In this document: positions 52,299-64,000 of the stretch, piece after piece
Layout: the number at the start of each line of letters is the position of its first letter
How positions within the stretch are numbered: the first letter of the stretch is position 1
NCBI RefSeq assembly: GCF_006345805.1
Contig: NC_043022.1
Coordinates: 5,332,001 to 5,396,000 of the forward strand
Direction of reading: 5' to 3'
Length of the DNA: 64,000 bases
DNA from: Octopus sinensis
Lineage: Eukaryota
Made by a program: the position numbers and the translations under genes
Notes under the pieces: model-generated
The model's input: only the letters and a program-made list of their open reading frames with translations
The model's database searches: none
Told to the model about the DNA's origin: nothing

Positions 52299-52485
52299 TG
52301 TATGTATGTATGTGTGTAAGTATGTGTATGAGTATGTATGTATGTATATATGTATGTATGTATGTATGTATGAGTATGTATGTATGTAAGTATGTGTGTA
52401 TGTATGTATGTATGTATGTATGTATGTATGTATGTATGTATGTATGTATGTAGTGTGTATATATGTATGTATGTATGTATGTGTG

Positions 52486-52519
<34 letters not shown>

Positions 52520-52945
52520 TGTATGTATGTATGTGTGTATGTATGTGTGTATATATATATTTAAACATATATGTCTATGTATGTATGTATGTATGTATAT
52601 ATATGTATATATATACACATTTAAACATATACAGGTACATACACAGACACACACACACATATATATAACAACAATCATATGCATGGCATTTTATGTTAAC
52701 ACAAAGATGTAAATGTATATAAATTTATATATAAGTATATGTATATATGTTTATGCATGTATGTATGTGTGTGTGTATATATATATATACACACATATGC
52801 ACATGCATATATATGTATACACACACATATACATATGTATATATAGACACATACAATATATATATACACACATATGTATATACACAAATGTATACATATA
52901 TGTATGTATACAGATATGTGTGTAATATTATATATACACACACAT
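52140..52945. repeat. (TATG)n and mixed TA/CA microsatellite region
   Basis: Seen directly. Confidence 0.95.
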
Positions 52946-53515
52946 ATGTAACTGGCATCTATCTGTTACAATGATGAGTGTTTCAATCGATTCAATCAAC
53001 AGAACAGTTTGCTTATGAAATTTGCATACAAGTGGCTGAGTACTTCACAGACATGCATACCCTTAATGTAGTTGTCAGGGAAATTCAGCACAACACAGAA
53101 TGTGACAAGGCTGGCCCCCATTGAATTACTGGTACAACTCATTTTTGCCAGTTGAGTGGACTGGAGCAATAAAGTGAAATAAAGTGTCTTGCTCAAGGAC
53201 ACAATGCATCACCAGGAATTGAACTCACAGCCTTATATGTATATTAGATACATATATATCTAATATATATATAGATATAGGCACAAGAGTCACTGTGTGG
53301 TAAGAAACTTGCTTTCCAACCACATGGTTCTGGGTTCAGTCCCACTGCGTGGCATCTTGGGCAAGCATCTTCTACAGTCGCCTCAACCCAACCAAAGCCT
53401 TCAGAGTGGATCTGGTAAACAGAAACTGAAAGAAACCCATCATATGTGTGTGTGGTGTGTGTGTATATATACATACACACACACATATATATTATGTAAG
53501 GTCACTTTCGAGTGC

Positions 53516-53712
53516 TAGATTGAAATGCAATAGATCGATACTAGGGCCATAATTATGGGTGACATTTTCATTTGACACCGCTAGAAAAAAATCCCATTTT
53601 CCATAGTGATGTCGTATGAAATTGTCACCCATAATTATGGTCTTAGTATCGATCTATTGCATTTCAATCTATTTTAGATTTAGAGTTAGGGTTAGGGTTA
53701 GGGGTGGGGGAA
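53516..53712. repeat. ~65-bp inverted repeat followed by (TTAGGG)3
   Basis: TAGATTGAAATGCAATAGATCGATACTAGGGCCATAATTATGGGTGACA recurs as a near-perfect reverse complement ending at about 53671. Confidence 0.8.
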
Positions 53713-53912
53713 GGGTATCTTTTTTCTTCACAAATGTAAATAAACCCAATCTGTTTCTTAAAGGAGGGACATATTCATTATGCACAGAATGTTGTTTACG
53801 TCAATGGACTCTAGCGATTGGTTAAAATTGCCGAAATGCTCGAAATTAAAGATGAAATATGTTACAACATATAGAATTTTCTCAATATGACAAAATATTT
53901 AATAAAGTAACT

Positions 53913-53945
<33 letters not shown>

Positions 53946-54890
53946 GTACACACACGTTTATGGTTCTCAGTTTTATCTTGGCAGGGATATGACAACCTCT
54001 CCATCATCCGTTCAACAAGGCAGTGGGTTAAATCTGGGGGTCCTAAAGAATTTAAACTTTTCAATAAACTTGGCACTATTCTGCAGAAATAAGTTTATTG
54101 GAAGAGTGGAATTTGGCTGCTATTTCTGCTTGACATGGTCCATATAATGCCATAACCAGTGAAAGAGATTTCCAAGTATTCACTCGGCCAATTTTGGCAG
54201 CATCAGCAGTATGAGTTTGTGATGGTTATTGGAATAATGGCTAAATCTACTCCAGTGAATTGTCATCTGAGAACCATTACAGCGCCAGGCTTGCTCTTGT
54301 ATTCCACTCCCACGGAATTGCCATAAATTAAAGATCAGATCAATAACTGTCAATATAAGGATCAGAATGCCTGATATTGATGATAATGTCGATACGTTAA
54401 CCCTAATCTGACTGAATTTCTATTGAAATTCTTTGTGTTTCAATTAATTTTCACAAATAATCAACAATGTCGATGGAATCAGTGAAGTTGCAAACATTCT
54501 CCCGTATTCTGCAGGTGTTGGCAGATAATAAGGAATGGAAAGGGTTCTTGCGTAAAATTACAACAGCGAATTATAATTTAAATATGAATACTAAGTTATA
54601 GAATCCAAGGTGGCCTTATCCAGATTAACAGTGAAAAGGTTTATTCTTTATTCTTTTACTTGTTTCAGTTATTTTGACTTTGGCCAAGCTGGAGCACTGC
54701 CTTGAAGGGTTTTAGTTGAACAAACTGACCCCATGACTTATTCTTTAAAGCCTAGTACTTATTCTGTCGGTCTCTTTTGTCGAATTGCTAAGTTATGGGG
54801 ATGCAAACACACCAACACCAGTTGTCAAGTGGTAAGGGGGGGAAACAAACACAGACACAAAGACACACACACAGATATATATATATATAT

Positions 54891-55277
54891 TTGGTAAAAT
54901 AGAAAGATGAATAATCTTGTTGCAGATTAATCAAAAGTTTAACCGATACCTTGGTAGCAAAAATCACAGCAGAAGAAAGCACGGTTGGAGATAAAACCAT
55001 TTGGTGTTGCAACCGTGCGTTGGTCCGGATAATTGAATTTTAATATTATTAGTGAATTGAAGAAATGGAGTTGAACGAAGATTGAACAGAATTCCTTTGC
55101 GCCTCTGTTCTGTTTTGTTCTGCCAACGGAATTCCTATTTTTTTCCTGAAGAGAAAGCCACAATATGGTATCCTTATTTAATCAGAATTTGGAAAATTGT
55201 GGCTTTTGAAACATGTGTAGAATGCAATAAAAGGAATTCTGTTCAATCTTCGTTCAACTCCATTTCTTCAATTCACT

Positions 55278-55284
<7 letters not shown>
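54891..55284 (+). mobile_element. Penelope-like remnant in (TA)n with 55-bp inverted arms enclosing a hammerhead motif
   Basis: Arms 55044-55098 and 55230-55284 are exact reverse complements. Confidence 0.65.
55130..55238 (+). ncRNA. Putative type-I hammerhead ribozyme
   Basis: TTC-CTGAAGA(55146-55152), 12-bp stem II GAAAGCCACAAT/ATTGTGGCTTTT, GAAA(55208-55211), CATGTG-TA (GUA at 55217-55219), GAA. Distal stem I ATTCCT/AGGAAT. Confidence 0.7.
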
Positions 55285-55321
<37 letters not shown>

Positions 55322-56327
55322 TATATATATATAGGTAAACGTTAAAAAAAACACAAACTGGGACAAGAACGTGAAACACACAGACGGGACGACAAAAAAA
55401 CACACAGACGGGACTTTCGAAGCTCTCAGTCATCAGTCAAGAACCAGATCATCTTCGCAATTTCGGCTGATTAATCATATATATATATACACACTACAAG
55501 TATTAATTTTTGCCTCTTTTATAGAGACAAAACGTTTTATAAGACTGCAAAAAAGAAATGCTCAAATAAAATTGAAACAGAGATAAAAAAAAACATTGAT
55601 CAGAGAACAAACATCAAATCTGAGTCAATGACTTTATCCATAACACCACGGCTCCAAACATTTGATCTTATCTAAATATTACCATGGTTCTTAAACACAT
55701 AAAATATACATATATGAAAAACACAGATGGTAACAATATATATGCAAATAAAAATACAGATATCTAGAACAGCCTATCAAGAAGGTATATACAATCAACT
55801 AAAAGTTCTAAAGCGTGTCATGTGACTAAAAATCTAAATATAATAAAACATCAATCAACTAAAAAAAAACATTCTTTCTCCACTCAAACAAAAAAATATG
55901 TCAAAAAACCATGGTAGGTTGGTGTCAGAAACGTTAGCACGCCGGGCGAAATGCTTAGTGGTATTTTGTCGGCAGTTATGTTGTGAGTTCAAATTCCGCC
56001 GAAGTCAACTTTGCCTTTCATCCTTTCGGGGTCGATAAATTAAGTACCAGTTACGCACTGGGGTCGATGGAATCGACTTAATACCTAAGTCTGTCCTTGT
56101 TTGTCCCCTCTATGTTTAGCCCCTTGTGGGTAATAAAGAAATAGGTTGGAGTCCAGGAGTGTAAAAGAGTTCCACAAAATCAAGTCAAATACATCTATGG
56201 CCATTTCGGGAGTTCATTGCTGTGGTTCGATTACAAGTTAAGGTGCATCTCGGCAATGACCCCCTTCATCAGGATGAATAGGAATCTCAACAAATTGTTT
56301 GTTCACAATGCTGCATGGCTAACTTAA

Positions 56328-56413
56328 AAATAACACCACATGGTTAAGTTAGAAATAACACCACATGGTTAAGTTAGAAATAACACCACATGGTTAAGTT
56401 AGAAATAACACCA
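56328..56413. repeat. 26-bp tandem repeat, about 3.3 copies
   Basis: Unit AAATAACACCACATGGTTAAGTTAGA. Confidence 0.9.
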
Positions 56414-59400
56414 CTACTGAGAGTAGGAAAACCGGGACTACATTGCCAAGCAAACCCTGTTTTTGAAACAGTAAGACAGTGTTACACAGGAGAGACTTAG
56501 CTGCTATTTCTAGCAGGCTGATCACATGGAACAATGATTCACAACCTTTGCAATATCTGGGGCTAAATCGAAAACCTAGAATTTTTTTTTTTCTTTAAGG
56601 GTCCATACCAAATGGAAGTACAACTTAATTAAAGAAAAATTCATTATATTTATAGAGGGAAAAATCATTGGGGGTTACCGGGAGGACACTCGAGGGCCAC
56701 GACTGAGAGTGGCTGATTCAGATGCTTTCTCCTTGGGCCCTTTATTTACAGTTTGATACTGGAGGTTGAGGGAGGAAGAAAGGGAACTCCCTTTAAATTA
56801 TCCTCAAATTTGTATTGATCATTCAAGAGAAATCAATAAATCAAGACTCAGGAATGGTAAATCGGTTTTAGAATCTTTGATTCTTCAACATTTTCAATAA
56901 ATCTAATCTCACTGCACCCCCACCCCATACCATTCTCCCTTTCCTTAAGATTAATAATGGCAATGATGATGACAATAATCTCTCCTGCTTCTTCTCCTTC
57001 ACCTTCTTCTTTCTCCTTTCATTTTCCTCTCCTTTCTCCTTCTTCTTCTTCTCCTCCTCCTCCTTTCTTCTTCTTCTTTTTCTTCTTCTCCTCCTCCTCT
57101 CTCTCCTCCTCCTTTCTTCTTTTTCTTCTTTCTTCTCCTCCTCCTCCTTTCTTCTTCTTCTTTTTCTTCTTCTCCTCCTCCTTTCTTCTTCTTCTTCTAC
57201 TTCTTCTTCTTCTCCTCCTCCTTTCTTCTTCTTTTTCTTCTTCTCCTCCTCCTTTCTTCTTCTCCTCCTCCTCCTCCTCTCTTCTTCTTCCTCCATTATA
57301 ATTCCAACAGACATATAAGATACTTCTCAAGAACATCAAACCTCATCGTGGGACAAGACTTGTATTTTTCACACTCTAATGCGTTGGTAGTGGTGATGAC
57401 AGTGGTGGTGGTGGTGACAGTGTTGGTGGTGATGGTGGTATTGTTGGTAGGGGTGGTAGTGGTAATGGTGGTGGTGGTGATCATGATGACAACAACAACT
57501 ATGATGACGATGATGATGGCTGTGGTGGTGGTGATGATTATGACGATGGAAATATTGCTGTTGCTGCTGTTGGCAGTGGTGATGGTGGTGGTGGTGGGTT
57601 GTTGTGGTGATTATAATGATGATGACGATGATGACGATGACAGTATCAAAGATCTCCTCATACTTCTAAAACACTTTGATTTTTACTTTCATTTGCAAAA
57701 AAAAAAAAAAAGTCTGAGAAATAAATTTTTTATGAAATTGGTTTTTGCCAAATGAAGAAGTATTTCTGTCTGTAGACAATGGTTAAGGAATTTCCACCGA
57801 GTCTTCGAGAGAGAGAGAGAGAGAGAGGGAGAGAGTGGAGGAAGCGGTGGGGTTGGGGGGTGTCAGTCAACCGAATAACAAGACATTTCAATTAGCGAGC
57901 CATGTGATGATAGGGTAACGATGGTTCACTTTGGAAAAGAATCACTTGTTGTGATGAAGCTAGGAGGAGGGGAGGGGGGGCGAGTTACATCAAGAGGAGG
58001 AGGAGGAGGAAAAAAGAAAGAGGAAAAGGGAAGCAGAGGAGGAGGAGGACAAAAGATGAGGCAGAGGAAGAGGAAGAGGAGAAAAGAGAAGATGGAAGAG
58101 GAGGAGGTAGAAGAGAAAAAGAGGAAAAATGAGGAGGAAGATGATGAAAAAAGAAAGAGAAGGGGGGAAGGAAAGGAAGAGAAAAGAGGAGGAGGAATTT
58201 TTTGTGATGGTAGTTTCCAAGGGAAGATCCTGCATCAGGCCTGGACAGTCTTTTTGCAAGAAGCAAGGCCACAAGAGATGCAGCTCCTCGTTAACAGGTG
58301 AAAATGCACACTAATGAAAAGAATTGAAGGTAGTTTTTCATTAGGCATAACATTCAGAAAGCCACCCCCACCCACCATGGGGGCCATGACTGTGAAATAT
58401 GACTACCTGGCCTAGGGCTAAACAACAACAACAACTACAACAACAATAAAATATAAATCATATAACAACAATATAAAAGTCTCACAGGTGTAGATGACCC
58501 CCAGCAGCATAGATGCCAGGACCCCTGGACTGGAGATACGTAGAAAGCACTATCCGAATCGTGGCCGAAGCCAGTGCCGCCTCGACTGGCTTCCGTGCAG
58601 GTGGCACGTAAAATGCACCAATCCGACCGTGGCCGATGCCAGCCTCGCCTGGCACCAGTGCAGGTGGCAAGTAAAAAGCACCCACTACACTCACGGAGTG
58701 GTTGGCGTTAGGAAGGGCATCCAGCTGTAGAAACGTTGCCAGATAAGACTGGAGCCTGGTGCAGCCTTCTGGCTTCCCAGATCCCCGGTCGAACCGTCCA
58801 AGCCATGCTAGCATGGAGAACGAACGTTAAACGATGATGATGATGATGATGTAAAGGACTGGAGCAAATCCAGCAAGACATTTTATTTGGCAATTTCTTA
58901 CATTGGTAGGGAGGGTCACATATTTGTAGGGGAGGGGGTAGGAGCAGAGTTAAATGAATTGAACCCCACCACCATCACATCACTGGTAACCATGTTATCA
59001 ACATTCACCAGTGGACACCTGCCTGGGTTCAATCTCAACTTTCCCCTACAATGACTCAAACATCAATTTGAAGAAAAAGAAAACCCCTTTTTTGTTTCCA
59101 CTTTATTAACAGAAAGGAATATGTTGGATGGGTATACATGCACATATATACATGTTTTATGCATATCATCATAATCATCATCATTTAACATCCGTTTTTT
59201 CATGCTGACATGGGTTGGACTGTTTGCTAGGAGGTGCCCTGGTTCCAATCTCTGCTCTGGTATGGTTCCTACAACTGGAAGCCCTTCCTAACACCAACCA
59301 CTTTACAAAGAGTACTGGGTGCTTTTTACGTGGCACCAGCAACAGAAAGGGTCTCCAAGAAGCTTGCAAGATGAAGTTCCATCAATGGTTGCGAAATGGG

Positions 59401-59576
59401 GAATTGTATTGTGGGAGGTGGCTTTGTACCAGTTGAGGTACTGGCAATGTTTCTACAGCTGGTTAAATGAATAATAGGGGGATAGAGAGATAGGTGGCGA
59501 TACAAGGATACCTGAGTTGGAAAAGAAAGGAGTGGAAAAGAGAATTAAAGAGAAAGATAGAAACACAGTTATAGAG

Positions 59577-59618
<42 letters not shown>

Positions 59619-59621
<3 letters not shown>

Positions 59622-59905
59622 TAGCTAAAAGGTACAGTATTAAATATCCATCATGGCTGGTCTTACTAATCAGTTTCATGCAAAGAATACAATGGAGTGT
59701 TAGGTAACAATCCAATTATATAACTTTATGCTCATCAGAGTTAGCCAATATGGAAGGGATATATTCCCTTCTATATTGGCTAACTCTGATGAGTGTAAAG
59801 TTATATAATCGGTTTGTTACCTAACACTCCATTATATTCTTTACATGAAACCAATTGCTAAGATGAGACATGATGGATATTCAATACTATACATTTTAGA
59901 TAATA
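59619..59905. repeat. 287-bp imperfect palindrome centred at 59762, one hammerhead motif per arm
   Basis: Arms align over their full length. CTGATGA/GAAA cores at 59786-59850 (+) and 59674-59738 (-). Confidence 0.85.
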
Positions 59906-60177
59906 TACCTACTCTACTGACAGATATACAAGTGCATCTTTTCCCTGACTTATAGTCTCTTAGACAATTCATGCATGTGTGAATATATATATATATACAA
60001 TTATATTAATTTTTTTTGATAAAAATATATTAGTATTGTACATGTTTTCTATTTTCAAAACTGTATACCTACTTTTGCACCACCCTGGGTATATGTGTGT
60101 GTGTATCATCCTCATCATCATCGAAAACGGACGCTAAACGATGAAGATGATGATGATGATACACACACACATATACC

Positions 60178-60396
60178 CAGGGTGGTGCAAAAGTAGGTAT
60201 ACAGTTTTGAAAATAGAAAACACGTACAATACTTATTTATTTTTATCAAAAAAATTAAAAGTTAGCCTCATTTGTGATATTTTCAGTGTCAATCATAATA
60301 ATACATTTATCATAACTTTTAACTTATTTTCATAAAAATAAATGAGTATTGCATGAGTTTTCATTTTTTTCTGTATACCTACTTTTGCACACCACT
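60178..60396. mobile_element. Tc1/mariner-type MITE
   Basis: TIRs GGTGGTGCAAAAGTAGGTATACAG / CTGTATACCTACTTTTGCACCACC; right end abuts (TA)n. Confidence 0.75.
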
Positions 60397-60641
60397 ATAT
60401 ATATATATATATATAACACACACACACACATTATTCATGTGGTGATAATTGTGTAGTCCCCACCACTAGATAGAACTGTTTAGGTGCCATATATACATAC
60501 ACACATACATATGTTTTATAGATATATGTTTTATATATATATATATATATATACATACATATATATTATTGAATTATCAATAATTCTACAATCCCATGGC
60601 ATCTTACATGTAATGTATGTATATATACATACATACCTATG

Positions 60642-60689
<48 letters not shown>

Positions 60690-61227
60690 CACACACACAC
60701 ACATCACATGAACACCCCTACCCAATATTATAATTGTTAACATGCAATATCTACATATATGCACACACACCCACACACATATACATCACATTACACACAC
60801 ACACACACACACACACACTACATAATAATTGCTAACATGCAATAATGTTGTTCCAATGTAAAGAATGTTCCGAGTTCGTCTGAGATTTTTTTTTTTTTCC
60901 AATTTTGTTGATTCCTTCCTATAAGACTGCAGTATTTGAAGTGCGAAGAATTATTAACAATGGGCGTTATAAGATTAAAAATAATGAGTGTTTTTGATCT
61001 AAGGAATTAAATTTTCTTCCATGTGTACATACATACATACACACACACACACACATGCTCACGCATTATTGAAATGTTCATAATTCTACACTCACCACCA
61101 GATCATAATATTCTTGCTTACATGCAATAATGTTGCTGAAATGTAAAAAAATTCTTTGAACATATTCAAGATTTTTCTCCCCATAAAACTGAGGTAATTG
61201 AAGCATGGAGCAGGCTTAACAAATCGC

Positions 61228-61468
61228 AAGGCTGATTTAACAGTATCATAAACCACTGGGCAATGCATTTTGGGCCCTTAGAAATACAACAGCAACATAC
61301 ATGGGTTAATATTGGTGCCCCTAGATCTGTAAGGCCCCCAAGATAAAGGCTGATTTAACAGTATCATAAACCACTGGGCAATGCATTTTGGGCCCTTAGA
61401 AATACAACAGCAACATACACGGGTTAATATTGGTGCCCCTAGATCTGTAAGGCCCCCAAGATAAAGGA
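61228..61468. repeat. 118-bp direct tandem duplication
   Basis: Two copies with one visible substitution (CATGGG vs CACGGG). Confidence 0.95.
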
Positions 61469-61477
61469 TAAAGAGTA

Positions 61478-63180
61478 AAGACCCCTTCTGTCATAAATGA
61501 CCATGAAATTGCACCTAGAAAATTCCCCTCTGGGGCACAAGTCTGGGCAAGGTTGTTTATGGAAGACCAGCAGTCACCCTTCTTCACACCATTATAGGTA
61601 CATAGGGTAAAGGGGAAAGACCCCCTTTGGTCATGAATGACCATGGGATTGCACCTAGAAAGTTCCCCTCTGTGGCACATGTCTGGGCAAGGTTGTTTAT
61701 GGAAGACCAGCAGTCACCCTTCTTCACACCATTATAGGTACATAGGGTAAAGAGGAAAGACCCCCTTTGGTCATGAATGACCATGGGATTGCACCTAGAA
61801 AGTTCCCCTCTGAGGCACAAGTCTGGGCAAGGTTGTTTATGGAAGACCAGCAGTCACCCTTCTTCACACCATTATAGGTACATAGGGTAAAGGGGAATGA
61901 CCATGGGATTGCACCTGTAAAGTTCCCCTCTGTGGCACATGTCTGGGCAAGGTTGTTTATGGAAGACCAGCAGTCACCTCTTCACACCATATAGGTACAT
62001 AGGGTCGGGAATGACCATGGGATTGCACCGTAAAGTTCCCCTCTGTGGCACATGTCTGGGCAAGGTTGTTTATGGAAGACCAGCAGTCACCCTTCTTCAC
62101 ACCATTAGGTACATAGGGTAAAGGGGAATGACCATGGGATGCACCTGTAAAGTTCCCCTCTGTGGAACATGGGCAGGTGTTTATGGAAGACCGCAGTCAC
62201 CCTTCTTCACACCATTTAGGGTACATAGGGTAAGGGAAGACCATGGGATTGCACCTGTAAAGTCCCCTCTGTGGCCACATGTCTGGGCAAGGTTGTTTAT
62301 GGAAGACAGCAGTCACCCTCTTCACACCATTATAGGTAATAGGGTTAAAAAGGGAAGACCATGGGATTGCACCTGTAAAGTTCCCCTCGTGGCACATGTC
62401 TGGGCAAGGTTGTTTATGGAAGACCAGCAGTCACCCTTCTTCACACCATTATAGGTACATAGGGTAAAGGGGAATGACCATGGGATTGCACCTGTAAAGT
62501 TCCCCTCTGTGGCACATGTCTGGGCAAGGTTGTTTATGGAAGACCAGCAGTCACCCTTCTTCACACCATTATAGGTACATAGGGTAAAGGGGAATGACCA
62601 TGGGATTGCACCTGTAAATTCCCTCTGTGGCACATGTCTGGGCAAGGTTGTTTTGGAAGACAGCAGTCACCTCTTCACACCATTATAGGTACATAGGGTA
62701 AAGGGGAGAAAGACCCCCTTTGGTCATGAATGACCATGGGATGCACCTGTAAAGTTCCCCTCTGTGGCACAAGTCTGGGCAAGGTTGTTTATGGAAGACC
62801 AGCAGCACCCTTCTTCCCATTATAGGTACATAGGGTAAAGGGGAATGACCATGGGATTGCACCTAGAAAGTTCCCCTCTGAGGCACATGTCTGGGCAAGG
62901 TTGTTTATGGAAGACCAGCAGTCACCCTTCTTCACACCATTATAGGTACATAGGGTAAAGGGGAAAGACCCCCTTTGGTCATGAATGACCATGGGATTGC
63001 ACCTGTAAAGTTCCCCTCTGTGGCACAAGTCTGGGCAAGGTTGTTTATGGAAGACCAGCAGTCACCCTTCTTCACACCATTATAGGTACATAGGGTAAAG
63101 GGGAATGACCATGGGATTGCACCTAGAAAGTTCCCCTCTGAGGCACAAGTCTGGGCAAGGTTGTTTATGGAAGACCAGCA
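61478..63180. repeat. SINE-derived tandem array, 14 copies, 140-bp and 120-bp unit variants
   Basis: The marker GGAAGACCAGCAG or a close variant recurs 14 times. About 95 bp of the unit matches the family E SINE tail at 38225-38325. Confidence 0.95.
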
Positions 63181-63392
63181 GCTGCCCGTGCATTCCAGCT
63201 TCCCCTCCTTTCCACGCCACTGATGTTACCCAAGGGAAAGGCAAAGGGGCCAATACAGCTTGACACCAGTGATATTGCAACTCATTTCTACAGATGAGTG
63301 AATTGGAGCAAAGTGAAATAAAGTGTCTTGCTCAAGAACACAACACACAGCCTGGTCTGGGATTAGAACTCACAACTTCACAGTTGCAAGCC
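63100..63392 (-). mobile_element. SINE family E copy continuous with the tandem array
   Basis: After the last unit the sequence continues as the SINE body and head, matching about 38325-38530. Confidence 0.85.
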
Positions 63393-63532
63393 TTACAATC
63401 TGGGGAGTTTATTTTAATGGCCTACCAATGTATAGTGCTGGGAGATACTCGGCCACAAATGGAATCAAAATTGAAAGAACAGGATAATGATGATGATGAT
63501 GACGATACTACTACTACTACTACTACTACTAC

Positions 63533-63970
<438 letters not shown>

Positions 63971-64000
63971 ATGATCGAACTACTATGAGTTTGGTTTATG

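Noticed and set aside
54155-54410. 55-80-codon open frames on both strands
   Set aside because: No start or splice support and no recognisable motif.
61478-63180. Retrozyme or ribozyme hypothesis for the SINE-derived array
   Set aside because: I found no CTGANGA..GAAA core on either strand of the unit.

Overview
Eukaryotic, AT-rich, very microsatellite- and SINE-dense DNA, most likely from a coleoid cephalopod (Octopus); the organism is inferred from repeat content only. Almost all ORFs in the supplied track are microsatellite or SINE artefacts. The only host gene I can support is the 5' part of a minus-strand VWA3B-like gene (von Willebrand factor A domain-containing 3B). Five phase-compatible coding exons (15018-15231, 12617-12708, 6047-6303, 3597-3753, 2039-2107) splice into one open frame that needs one GC-AG intron and continues past the left edge. 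A candidate first exon and promoter with RFX X-box, forkhead and YY1 motifs lies at about 26.6-26.75 kb. The rest is a transposon landscape: five SINE families with shuffled modules, R4/Dong-like, RTE and CR1 LINE relics, a DD37D maT element, a mariner, piggyBac-type MITEs, minisatellites and a 100-N gap. The most notable non-gene signals are several Penelope-like remnants in (TA)n or (CA)n tracts carrying type-I hammerhead ribozyme folds, some as long palindromes, and a 14-copy satellite built from a SINE 3' end. All family assignments rest on recalled motifs and folds checked by eye; no database search or folding program was run.
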